Assembly (NCBI RefSeq): GCF_004010195.1
Contig: NC_057750.1
Span: 14,487,221 to 14,551,220, forward strand
Origin: Chiloscyllium plagiosum
Taxonomy: Eukaryota
Direction of reading: 5' to 3'
Length of the DNA stretch: 64,000 bases
The notes under the pieces were generated by a model that worked only from the letters and a program-made list of their open reading frames with translations, was not told the DNA's origin and searched no databases. The position numbers and the translations under genes are program-made. Positions 28,210-39,993 of this stretch are shown here, one piece after another. How positions within the stretch are numbered: the first letter of the stretch is position 1; the number at the start of each line of letters is the position of its first letter.

Positions 28210-28745
28210 TCATTGTCATTCAGCATGGAAACAGGCTTTTCGATCCAACTCTCCCACGCTGACCAGACATCCCAATCTAGTTCAGTCCCATTAGCCAGCA
28301 TTTGGCCAATATCCCTCTGAACGTTTTCTATTCCTGTTCCCACTCAGATGCCTTTTAAATGTTGTAATTGTATCTACCTCCCATCACTTCCTCTGGCAAC
28401 TCATTCCATACATGCAGCACCCAACGTTTGAAAAAGTTACCCCTTGAACCTTAAACTTGTACCCTTTAGTTTTGGACTCCCCGTCCTAGGAAAAAGACTT
28501 TGGCTATTCATCCTATCTCTGCTCCTCATAGTTTTATAAACCTCTACAAGGTCACTTCTGGGGAAAAAAGCCCTAGCCTATTCAGCCTGTCCCTATACTC
28601 AATCCCTCCAGACCCAACAACATCCCTGTAAATCTTTTCTGCACCCTTTCAAATTTGAGTGTGCAGTATTCACCAATGTCCTGTACATTCACAACACGAC
28701 ATCCCAAATCCTATACTCAATGTTCAGCCCAATGAAAGCAAGCGC
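28210..28745 (-). mobile_element. CR1-like LINE 3' fragment
   Basis: Tail similar to 24940-25060; reverse complement of the 30445-30775 type sequence. Confidence 0.75.
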
Positions 28746-29359
28746 TAAAGGACAATTCTCTTTTTTGGAGAGACTAGAACTAGAGAAGCAGTTTAAATAC
28801 AAAGGATCTTCCATTTAAGACAAACAAGGAGAACATTTGTTGAAGTTGGAGTCTGTGGACTCTCTTCCCCAGGCAGCAGTGAAGCAGGGTCACTCAATAC
28901 CATAAGTCAGAGGTAGAGAGATTCTGGAGTTAGAGAGTCCAGAGAGTATCACGGTAAGCAGGAAGAGAGATGAGAACACAACCAGATCAACTACAATATT
29001 TATCAAATGGCAGAACAGGCCAGAGGGGCTGAATGACCTATTCCTAATTTACGTTTGTACATAAGAACTGCTCCCAATTATTCCACATCCATAGTTTGTA
29101 TATTTTTATCTTGAACAGGTTCTACTCTTTCCTTAGTTATCCATTTGCTCTTTATGTACTTACAATACCTTTGGGTTTTCTGGGCTCGAGCTAATATTTT
29201 CCATACCCTCTTTGTTTTCCTAATTTCCTTTCTAATTTAATTAGTTTATCTTCCATTTTCTTCAGTGTTGAAACTCCTAAAGGCCAGTCTTTTAGTCTGC
29301 CTCAATGACTGCTCCAATTCAGTATGATCGCTCTCCTTTCCTGGGTCTATGCTCCCTTG

Positions 29360-29652
29360 GACTCCAAAATAGAATTCTTAGAAGCATGGCATTCCAACCG
29401 GAACTCTATCAACAAACACATCAAGTTAGACCCCATCTACCACCCCCTGGGAAAAAGAACAGGAAATGACATCACCAACCCAAAGAAATCCAAACATATA
29501 AATAGAAAGTAGGAATCATGTACACTGCTTTGCCTGAGGCCCACTGAAGATGTTAGCTAGTAGGGTGACAAAATATCTGGAAATGAACCTCCCAGTTCAG
29601 CGAGCGAACCTACATCCAAAACCTCAAACTGATCTACAAATCTTCTCAAAAC
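29360..29652 (+). mobile_element. Penelope-like element fragment: ORF C-terminus plus terminal repeat with a decayed hammerhead (29541-29580)
   Basis: EFLEAWHSNRNSINKHIKLDPIYHPL resembles the end of PLE GIY-YIG ORFs; downstream part aligns with 10720-10940. Confidence 0.7.
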
Positions 29653-29867
29653 TCTCCAAAATAGTACTTCAGTACTCACTCACCGTAACAATTCCAGCTT
29701 TTCACCAACCATTTCACCATGAACAGACTCTGTTGATTTCCCAGAGTTCTCAGCTGTATCAAGCAAATATTGCTTGAGCTTTTCACCTCCCTCTCTCAGC
29801 CAAACTGAACAACTGGTGACTCTCCCATTTAAACCCCTAAAGCTGCTGGGACTTTTCCTGAACCTTG

Positions 29868-29927
29868 TCAAGAGTGTGTATTAGGAAAACACAGCAGGTC
29901 AGGCAGCATCCGAGGATCTGGAGAATC
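29868..29927 (-). mobile_element. 60-bp PLE-like insert with a 16-bp TSD
   Basis: CTTTTCCTGAACCTTG at 29852-29867 and 29928-29943; the insert's reverse complement aligns with 43262-43322. Confidence 0.8.
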
Positions 29928-30459
29928 CTTTTCCTGAACCTTGACTCAAACACTCGCTGCATACTAATCCAATTGCCCTTGACTATTCATTGATTTTGTA
30001 CACACAACTCTTATTTCAGTTGCTTTCCCAGCAGTACAGCAAAAAGCAGTGCTACCTAACATGGAGTCTATCTCTCTTTATCCCATACTCATTGTCTTTC
30101 CTATCTGCCTGTAATCTGTGAGCTTCTCTTCAATGATCCCCAAACTGTCCTGAGTGACCTATTCCATTCCATTATGTCCCTTCTCAATAAAACAACTTTA
30201 AAAAAGAATTGAATTCCTCCTGCAACAAAACTTGTATAAAATCAAAACCATTGAGCATGGGAATCCATCTTTTAAAGAGCAATCCAGTTATTCCTAGTCT
30301 CCCACGTTTTCCTCCACATTAATGCATTTTTTTCCCCCTTCAAATATGTGCAAGCTGCAACCATTGAAAACCACTCTGTATATTTGGATTTTGTTTTTAT
30401 TTAGAACCAGTACTTTTTAAATTAAAACTTAATTTTTCCAACCCATGTCAAGGACAAGC

Positions 30460-30780
30460 AACCCTGGGGTTGGGGAGTCCAGAACTAGAAGGCATAGGTT
30501 TAGAGTCAGAGGGGAAAGATATGAAAGAGACCTAAGGGGCAACTATTTCACACAGAGGTTGGTGCATGTACGGAATGAGCTGCCAGAGGAAGTGGTGGAG
30601 GCTGGTACAATTGCAACATTTAAAAGGCATTTGGATGGGTAAATAATTGGAAGGGTTTGGAGGGATATGGGCCAGGTGCTGGCAGGTGGGACTAGATTGG
30701 GTTGGGACATCTGGCCGGCATGGACGGGTTGGACTGAAGGGTCTGTTTCCATACTGTACATCTCTATGACTATGACTCTA
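30460..30780 (+). mobile_element. CR1-like LINE 3' end
   Basis: ESRTRRHRFRVRGERYERDLRGNYFTQR...ELPEEVVEAGTIATFKRHLD; tail ctctatgactatgactcta. Confidence 0.88.
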
Positions 30781-33435
30781 AATGGCTTATTCAACACTCT
30801 GGGTAGAGTTGAATGAGAGGTGTTTAGGAGTGGTGTACTTGAGTGGTACATGAAGGCAATTATTCTATTCAACATCATTTCACTATTCTCTGTTTACTAA
30901 TTCACAAGTCTATGGAGTGTATACAGATTCTCACAGCACAGAACGAACGTTAACCTTCATCTCAAAGCGGCAGGAATACAAAGGGATGGGAATTTTGTCA
31001 GCTGTAAAGATAGGTCAACACAAAGACAGAGAAAACCATGAGCACCAGGGATTTTAACTGTGCTTGAAGACCTTAGAAATTTTCATTATTTTACTCTAAA
31101 GTAGAAGTTGTCAAAAGATCTGACATGAAAATGTCGCTAGCCCAAACAACCATATACTTGATTGCCTGAAGGGCCATCAATCCCAGTGACTGAAGGCCTA
31201 GGTCTCCTGTAAGTTAATGCAAATTGTAACTACTGAGAGTGAAATAAAAGAAAACAATCAAGTTATCATTCGCGAGTATTAGTGAACAGGGCATGTGGGC
31301 TGCAGCATGGGAAACCCTTATTTAAATCATAGTTCATAAGGCCAATAAAAGTACCCCTCGGCTTTTCTCTTGTTGCTTACTCCAGTAAAGTCAAGAAATT
31401 TTAGAACCCCCTCATGCATTTGCTTTCATTTTTCTTACTCCTGCTGCTTTTATTCCTACTCCCACAATCTTCAGATTTTGTGCCATCCTCCAGCAGTACA
31501 GTACAATTATAAAAGATACATATACTCTTCAGACCACTCCAAAATTGATCAGTATAAATTTAACACCTGCTAAATAAATAAAATCTGGTAATGTTTAAAG
31601 CTTGCTACCAAAATTAAATAAATGAGGGTCCTGGGTGGAATGAAAAAGATGGGGCTTGTCAGGAATAGACATGAAGAGGAGTGGAAATAGAATGATCATT
31701 TATGACACTTCATTTTCAAAGAAACAAAAGTAAACAGATCGTACCCGGATAATCTTACTTTTTTTTTCAATTGGAAGCTGGCGTTGATCTGTCTTCCTGA
31801 ACTTCTGCAGGTCAGTGTGGTGTAAATGTGCCTACAGTGAGGTTAGGGTGGGAATTCCAGGGTTTTGACCCAGCAGTGAAAGACGGTGACATAGTTCCAA
31901 GTTAGGGTGATGTGCTGCTTGGAGAGAAAATTATCAGGCATGTTCCCATGTATCTGCTGCCCTTGTTTTTATAGAGGTAGAGGTCACAGATTTGGAAGGT
32001 GTTATCTAGATCACCCTGGTAAGTTAAAGTACATCTTGCACATTGTACACCCTGATGCCACTGTACTTCAGTGGTGAAGCTCTGCAAATAGTTGAAACAT
32101 CTTCTCCTCATCCACACTTTCCAGGCCTCTCAGTATCCTGTTAGTTTCAATCCCACCCCCACAATCCTTCTAAATTCCATCAAGCACATACACAGAATCC
32201 TCATATGAAAGCCCTTTATCCCGGGATCGTTGACATAATCACTCTTCTAGACTCCCTCCAATGCCAGCACATCTTTCCTTAGATATGGGGCCAAACTGCT
32301 CACAATATTCCAAATGTCACTATGTCATTAGCACCGTTGCGTTCTTCTGATCAACATAAACATATCCATTCTGTGACAAGGAATGGTAAAAACAATAATG
32401 AGTTATTTATTTGAAGTTAAGGCTATTTACATACAATGTTAAAATGGAAGCTGTGTGTATTTGTCTGACCTCTACCTCTCCTGCTGTACTCTGAGTACAG
32501 AGTTATAGGATTTAGTACTTAAGGATCCGTCGAGAAGTGAGTGATAATTGACAGCTGGTTAAAATATGATCCTTTAAAGATGTATGTACATAACATTACA
32601 ACAAAACCACTCATGGCACAGATTGCAGTGGAATCAGTGGCAGTCACAAGGGAGGCTGCGAGTCAGGCAGCTCAGCTCCTGGCTACTATTGAAGAGAAGG
32701 GGTGGGGGGAGTTCATAGCAAGGGAGGCCATTTTTACAAATTCAGAGTCCGTTTTTCTGTTTCATCTTCAGGCTGCCCACACACCCCAAGCAGGTATCTC
32801 ATCTTTGGAATAAGGTCCACTACCATGGATGTTGGAAAATCTCAGGAATCTTGGACCAAATGTTTTGCAAGGAGGCCTGACATATAAATCTCTGATTTCA
32901 TTTCCAGTTCTCTGTGCTGAATACTAAATACAACAATTATTCAAATACAACAGAAAGGAAAACCTATCCACAGATCCCCACCTCCATTTTGTCCTATCTG
33001 ATTTGGTTGGGTGTCTGATTCAGAGGGTCCTCGTTTTCTTATTCCTACCTTCCAGTGTTACGGGGAAGCAAAGACCGAGTTTCTGAACTTAACAAGAATT
33101 ACTTTTTAATACAAATAAATAGATTCCACTTATAGTTAAGGAATTATGAACCATTGACATGTAACTCTACCAGTTAAAACTCTAACTCATTTATAAAATC
33201 TCCTGCTTACACACACACAGACAGAAACCTAGGTGTTACAGGCAGAGGGAAAGGCTCAAAAGGCAGTTCACTGGTCCTTGCCCACAGTATTAACTGCAAC
33301 AAGCTTTCTTGCTTGTCAGAGCTTGCTGTTAACAGATTAACAGAGTCTTACGTGGATTCATGCAGGTTTTGAGCAAAGTACAATGTAACTCTGCAAGTAC
33401 AAATTCACCCCACAAACTTTATTTTGTGTGTGTAT

Positions 33436-33823
33436 NNNNNNNNNNNNNNNNNNNNNNNNNNNNNNNNNNNNNNNNNNNNNNNNNNNNNNNNNNNNNNNNN
33501 NNNNNNNNNNNNNNNNNNNNNNNNNNNNNNNNNNNNNNNNNNNNNNNNNNNNNNNNNNNNNNNNNNNNNNNNNNNNNNNNNNNNNNNNNNNNNNNNNNNN
33601 NNNNNNNNNNNNNNNNNNNNNNNNNNNNNNNNNNNNNNNNNNNNNNNNNNNNNNNNNNNNNNNNNNNNNNNNNNNNNNNNNNNNNNNNNNNNNNNNNNNN
33701 NNNNNNNNNNNNNNNNNNNNNNNNNNNNNNNNNNNNNNNNNNNNNNNNNNNNNNNNNNNNNNNNNNNNNNNNNNNNNNNNNNNNNNNNNNNNNNNNNNNN
33801 NNNNNNNNNNNNNNNNNNNNNNN
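33436..33823. other. Assembly gap (N run)
   Basis: Run of n. Confidence 0.99.
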
Positions 33824-35120
33824 GTTCACACTGTCAGCCCTATCTAACCCCCTAATCATCTTGTACACCTCAATCAAGTCATCCCTAAACCTTCTTTTCT
33901 CTAATGAGAACAGCCCCAAGTGTCTCAGTCTTTTCTCATACGATCTTCCTTCCATACCAGGCACCATCCTGGTAAACCTCCTCTTCACCCGTTCCAGTGC
34001 CTCCACATCCTTCCTATAGTATGGCGACCAAAACTGCACACAATATTCCAGATGCGGCCGCACCATTGTCTTATACAACTGCATCATGACCTCCGGACTC
34101 CGGAACTCAATTCCTCTACCAATAAAAGCCAGTACGCCATATGCCTTCCTCACCGCACTATTTACCTGGGTGGCAACTTTCAGAGATCTGTGTACATGGA
34201 CACCAAGATCCCTCTGCTCATCCACACTACCAAGTATCCGACAATTAGCCCAGTACCCATTCTTTTTGTTATTCTTCCCAAAGTGAATCACCTCACATTT
34301 AGCTACATTGAATTCCATTTGCCACCTTTCTGCCCAGCTCTGCAGCTTCTCTATATCCTGCTGTAACCTGCCACATGCTTCCTCACTGTCAACAACTCCT
34401 CCGACTTTTGTGTCATCCGCAAACTTGCTCACCCAACCTTCTAACCCCTCTTCCAGGTCATTTATAAAAATGACAAACAGCAATGGTCCCAAAACTGATC
34501 CTTGCGGAACACCGCTAGTGACGGCACTCCATGAAGAAACTTTGCCATCAACTACTACCCTCTGTCTTCTTCCATCCAGCCAATTCCTAGTCCAAACCTC
34601 CAACTCACCCTCAATGCCATATCTCCGTATTTTCTGCAGTAGCCTACCATGGGGAAGCTTATCAAACGCCTTACTAAAATCCATATATACCACATCTACC
34701 GCTTTCCCCTCATCAACTTCCTTCGTCACCTTTTCAAAGAATTCAATAAGGTTTGTGAGGCACGTCTTGCCCTTCACAAAACCATGCTGACTATCCTTGA
34801 TCACATTATTCCTATCCAGATGTTCATAAATCCTATCCCTTACAATTCTCTCTAAGACTTTGCCCACAACAGAAGTGAGACTCACTGGCCTATAGTTACT
34901 AGGGTTATCCCTACTCCCCTTTTTGAACAAGGGAACCACATTTGCTATCCTCCAGTCTTCTGGCACTACTCCTGTAGACAAAGAGGACATAAAAATCAAG
35001 GCCAATGGCTCTGCAATCTCCTCCCTTGCTTCCCAGAGAATCCTAGGATAAATGCCATCAGGCCCAGGGGACTTATCTATTTTCACCTTTTCCAGGATTT
35101 CCAACACCTCTTCTCTACAT
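33824..35120 (-). mobile_element. Young 5'-truncated CR1-like LINE with an uninterrupted RT reading frame
   Basis: ~430 stop-free codons: KSPGPDGI, NYRPVSLTS, DFSKAFD, GVPQGSVLGPLLF, FADD, LEYCVQFWSP. Confidence 0.95.
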
Positions 35121-35121
35121 A

Positions 35122-35435
35122 CCTGTCGTGTGACATGAACCCAAGGCCCCGGTTGAGGTTATCCCTATGGGTACCGAACTTAGCTATCAACCTCTGCTCA
35201 GCCACGTTTTGCTGCTGCCTTTCCCGAAGTCCACCTTGGAGGATGGTCACCTGAAAGTCCGAGGTCAAATGTCCTGGACTGCTGAAGTGTTCCCCAACTA
35301 GGTTGGAACACTCCTGCCTGTTGATTGTTGTGCAGTGCCCATTCATCTGTTGCCATAGCCTTTTGCTATAAATTCTGTGTCGTACCATCATGTACTCTAC
35401 AACCACCTGATGAAGGAGCAGTGCTTCCAATTAAA
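35122..35435 (-). mobile_element. Penelope-like element GIY-YIG endonuclease C-terminal fragment with an adjoining inverted terminal repeat
   Basis: RLWQQMNGH...VGEHFSSPGHLTSDFQVTILQGG...AEQRLIAKFGT...LN on the minus strand; on the plus strand CACCTGATGAAGGAGCAG at 35404 is related to the 15008-15091 arm. Confidence 0.7.
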
Positions 35436-35446
35436 TATGATTTGAT

Positions 35447-36100
35447 AATCCTCTATAAGGTCACCCCTCAACTCCCTATGGTCCAGTGAAAAAAGTCCCA
35501 GCCTATCTTTATAATTCAAACCTTCCATTCCCAGTAAAATCCTGTTGAATCTTTTCTGAACCCACTCTAATTAAGTAATATCCTTCGATAGCAGGACAAC
35601 CAGAAATGTACAGAGTACTCCAGAAGAGGCCTCACCAATGTCCTGTGCAACCTCAACATGACATCCCAACTCCTATACTCAAAGATCTAAGCAATGAAGG
35701 CATGCATGCTAAACATCGCCCTAACACTCTTATGGGCGGCACGGTGGCTCAGTGGTTAGCACTGCTGCCTCACAACATGAGGGTCCCAGGTTCGATTCCA
35801 GCCTCTGGCAACTGTCTGTGTGGAGTTTGCACATTCTTCCCGTGTCTGCATGGGTTTCCTCTGGGTGCTCCGGTTTCCTCCCACAGCCCAAAGATGTGCA
35901 AGTCAGGTGGATTGGCCATGCTAAATTGCCCGTAGTGTTAGGCAAGGGGTAAATGTAGGGGAATGGGTGGGTTGCGCTTCGGCGGGTCGGTGTGGACTGG
36001 TTGGGCCGAAGGGCCTGTTTCCACACTGTAGAGAATCTAATCTAACCATCCTGTCTATGTATGATGCAAATTTCAAAGAATTATGTACCTGAGCCCCTTT
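35447..36100 (-). mobile_element. CR1-like fragment interrupted by a SINE
   Basis: Similar to 28530-28740; resumes after the SINE at 36046. Confidence 0.65.
35734..36045 (+). mobile_element. tRNA-derived shark SINE (HE1-like)
   Basis: GGGCGGCACGGTGGCTCAGTGGTTAGC...GGTTCGATTCC...AATCTAATCTAA. Confidence 0.9.
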
Positions 36101-36798
36101 TCTCATTTTGGTCCACAATTTTTTAAAAATACAGAAAATTGAAAAATATATATTTTAGGATGAGTCTCACATCCTTTCATGAAGTAACTGTTTACAATTA
36201 AATTCTGATCTTGTAAAATTTCTATTTGTACTAAGCATTTAATGAAAAGTCCTAGAATTGAGGTAATTTGTGGATCTGCTTTCTATATCTATACCAAGGG
36301 ATACGCCTGGATAGCCTGTGACCCACAAAGTTCATGTTTTTTCTATACATAAACAGTTAACAGTTCCTTTCTTAATTTTGGTGGAAATAAACTCCTTTTT
36401 CATTCAGTAATTATAGAGAGTGTATAACAGTCACTTGCAGGGAAATACTTCAATAAGTTTAATTGTGACCTTTTAAACGCCATGAATTGTCATCAACCTG
36501 TTGGAGTAATAACCTATAATTACTTACCAAGAAGTATGTTTTAATAAGAAATTATCTTGCAATTCAAAACTGATTTATAAGGAAATTAAATGCCTTTGTC
36601 CATAATGAAATTACATAATTGTTGGGTTTGATCCATTAATGCATCTATACCGTGATAGGCCACAAAACGTTAGTGACTTGATGTATAATGATTGTTTCTA
36701 CAAGTCCTAAACATTACCTTACAATTGTCATTTAGATCACTGTTATGCAGTGTTAATGTTGGTGGGGTTTTTTTCCCCCTTTTTCTTGTCCGGTAAAG

Positions 36799-37087
36799 CA
36801 CTGAGAATGGTGAAAAGGCTGAGAAGGATATGAAAGAAAAAGAAGTGCTAGAACAATCTGAAGAAACAGGGGAAAAGGCAGAAGGAGAAGGAGAAAAGGA
36901 GGCAGGAGAAGGAGAAAAGGAGGCAGGAGAAGGAGAAAAAGCTAAAGAAGAAGAAGAAAAAGAAGAAGAATCCGTTACACCAGCAAGGAAGATGAGGAAG
37001 AAGGCCAAGCAGGAGAGCAAAAAGGAGGAACCAGAAGCAGTAATGGAGTTCTGGAATGAGTTTGAGAATTACAAGACTAAGCTCTTG
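36799..37087 (+). CDS. RYR1: RYR1 exon (~ex93): TENGEKAEK...acidic repeats...EFWNEFENYKTKLL
   Basis: Long polypyrimidine tract then taaag|C ACT GAG AAT; TTG|gtaagt; 289 bp, phase 2/0. Confidence 0.9.
36884..36940 (+). repeat. Coding 21-bp tandem repeat (GGAGAAGGAGAAAAGGAGGCA, ~2.7 copies; GEGEKEA)
   Basis: Two identical units at 36884-36904 and 36905-36925, plus a partial third. Confidence 0.9.
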
Positions 37088-37815
37088 GTAAGTATGAACA
37101 CTTCTCAAACACCTGAAAAGAAATCTCTTTGGACTCCTGTGTTGAACAAGTATGGCAGCTGGCAACTATTGGCAGCGGAGACTGCCTTGGTTATGGTCTT
37201 AATACTAGTAGAAAGCCTATAACTGCCTGATTCCTGAAAGATCTGATAGGCTTTCACATCCTAATATGGCACAGAGTCCTCTCAGTTAATCTTTCGTGCT
37301 TTTGAATTTAGTCCAAATTCAGGAAGATATCTCTTTCAGAGTAATGCTGAAACCGAGTTCTCCTCCACAATGAGCAGAGTGTTCCTCTATGGTGATCATT
37401 CTGCTACAATTTCATGCAAGAATTCTCCCAATTTTCTCCCAAATCAGTATATCAATCCTTTTTAAGACCCTTTCCACAGGCTACAACACAATAATTCGTG
37501 CATCAGTTTGTGCCCAGCCTCACATTGTGCACTGTAAGTTAAGGAAGCGGCCCAAATAATAAACATAACCAAAATGTCAAGCAGCCAGGAAATGTATCAT
37601 TCAACCCAAATGAGTCCATGGCAGAAGCAATTCAAGTTGTGTTATCTATACCAACTCATGTTGACAAAGTTCAGGTTTGTTAACGATAAGCAGAACAGAA
37701 TGGGGTCTCTCATTTCTCTTTTGAAAAAAAACTCATCAATTTAGTGTCAAAACAGAATACAATGACGTGTAACTGTGTGGCGTGAAATAAACGGCATGTT
37801 TTTTTTTAACTGCAG

Positions 37816-37902
37816 AATTATTTGTCAAGGAATTTCTACAATCTCCGCTTCCTGGCTTTGTTTGTGGCGTTTGCAATCAACTTTATCCTCCTTTTCTACA
37901 AG
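37816..37902 (+). CDS. RYR1: RYR1 exon (~ex94), S1 helix: [29 protein letters not shown]
   Basis: ctgcag|AAT...AAG|gtaaat; 87 bp. Confidence 0.96.
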
Positions 37903-39041
37903 GTAAATGTAAATAATCCAAAATAAAGATAAATTTACTGGAATTACCTCCTTAGGAAAATTGTACTTAAAATTGCACTCAGAGCTGGCTTTTTTCATGA
38001 GCGTCGCATTAAATTCATGTTAGATCTCTGTATCATTGTTATCCAAAGCTATTTTTATGGCAAGGCTTTCCAATGGCCAGATAATTGTTTCTGAAGCATG
38101 AATAGAAGTTGTGCAATCCCCGTTGTAGCAGATTCCAAGGAAATTTCCCTGGAAATTAAAAATTTCACTGGGTAATTCTTGTACACTTAGAATCACCAAA
38201 AGTGTCCATTTAAATTGGAGAATTTAGAGGGTTCCAAACAAGTTAAGTGAATAATTACTCATGAAACACAAGATCACTAAATAACTTGATTAGCTCTTGA
38301 GTAGCTATTAAACTGACCCTCAACGTACCACTCGCACACTCAACTATACCTTCTCCCAGACTCTGTCCCTACACTGTCACCTGATTGAGATTGCCACTGC
38401 TGAGAAAGTCCAGCTCTCAGTCTTTAACTTCACTAACTGCATTTCAGCCAAATCTCTGCTGCCCGTATCCTAATTTACACCAAACCCTGTTTGCACATCA
38501 AGGTCACAGGACAGAGGACTACATTCGGGCCCAATTACCATGACCTTGGCTTTAGACTTGCTGATCTTGTGTTGGACTGGGGATGTTACTTGATGTCAGT
38601 CCCCCAGTTTAAGAGTAATTACTCTCCTGTTTAAGACTGACATGAAGTTAAGGGCCAAATGGCTTCTGTTCTTAAGTCCTATGTTCCTAACAACCTAATG
38701 ACTTTCTACAAAATGCCTGTTTTTAACAATACTCGAGTTCTACACTACTAAACAATTGTTTAATCATCCTCATATTTTGTGACCTCTATTGTCATCACCA
38801 TTCTCCAATCTCCCACACAACCCCATGAGATACTCCTAGTCTTCCAATTTTCATTTGTTGCAATTTCCATTATCCCACGATTAGTAGGTACCTCCAGTAC
38901 AGTAAACCCAAGTTCTGGAGTTCCCATCTAAAAGTCTCTACCTCTCTAACACACTCTTCTCCTTCAAAGCACACTCTAAAACCCACATCGTTGATCAAAC
39001 TTTAAGGATATCTGTCCTACATTTGTTTTATAGTTTGTTAC

Positions 39042-39993
39042 TGTCATGGATAGACCAAACCCCCTCAAAATATATTCAGAAGATAGTTTTACCTTTTTTA
39101 TTTTAATGGTAAGTGTAAAGTGTAACGTTCCAGATGCAATTCGATTGGTCAAACATCTCAAGATTAAATAAAACACACTTTATTTTTATACTGCCATTAA
39201 AATACAGACAAAATAAAAGTAAAATAATTGGCTTAACTATACTTCTAATGAAATGCTTAACAAAATAATAGATATATTAACAACTAATGGCACACGGTGG
39301 CTCACTGGTTAGCACTGCTGCCTCATAGTGCCAGGGACCCGGGTTCAATTCCCACCTCAGGCAACTGTCTGTGTGGAGTTTGCACATTCTCCCCATGTCT
39401 GCGTGGGTTTCCTCCGGGTGCTCCGGTTTCCTCCCACAGTCCAAAGATGTGCAGGTCAGGTGAATTGGCCATGCTAGATTGCCCATAGTGTTAGGTGCAT
39501 TAGTCAGGGGTAAATGTAGGGGAATGGGTATGGGTGGGTTGCTCTTTAGAGGGTCAGTGTGGACTTTCTACACTGTAGGGAATCTAACCTAATTAACTAT
39601 GCCAATATAGTAACGTTCCAAAAACACACTCTTAGCAAAAGGTTAAATTCAGTAAGACAGATTGTCTCACAGGCAATCCTCGAGTGCAGGAGGCAGACAT
39701 CAAGAGGAAAACTGTGTATGTGTGAGAGAGAGAGAGAGAGAAGCAAGGAGAGTCCAAACACAGCTTCAATACTCTAGCAGCAATTGCTACTGATAAAGTA
39801 AACTAAAAAATTCTGTCTCTGTGGGAGCTTGATACAATCCTACCAGACTGCTTCTATTGTTCCACCCTTAGAAAAAATACCCAAGGCCTCGCAAGCTGTT
39901 TACTTTATTGGCTTTGAATCGACAGCTCTGTACCGCTCTCTTCAAAAAAAGTCCTGGACAAAATATTCCTCTTAAAGCCATAGTATCATCACA
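39042..39993 (-). mobile_element. Solo LTR (contains a nested SINE)
   Basis: TGT...ACA termini; 4-bp TSD TTAC (39038-39041, 39994-39997); minus-strand AATAAA near 39180. Confidence 0.75.
39288..39590 (+). mobile_element. tRNA-derived shark SINE (HE1-like), internal deletion in the tail
   Basis: Same head and body as 35734-36045. Confidence 0.88.

Noticed and set aside
33360..34019. Plus-strand ORFs across the second gap
   Set aside because: N-run artefacts and antisense frames of the CR1 RT.
36670..37165. Minus-strand Ser/Phe-rich ORFs
   Set aside because: Antisense shadows of the purine-rich RYR1 exon.
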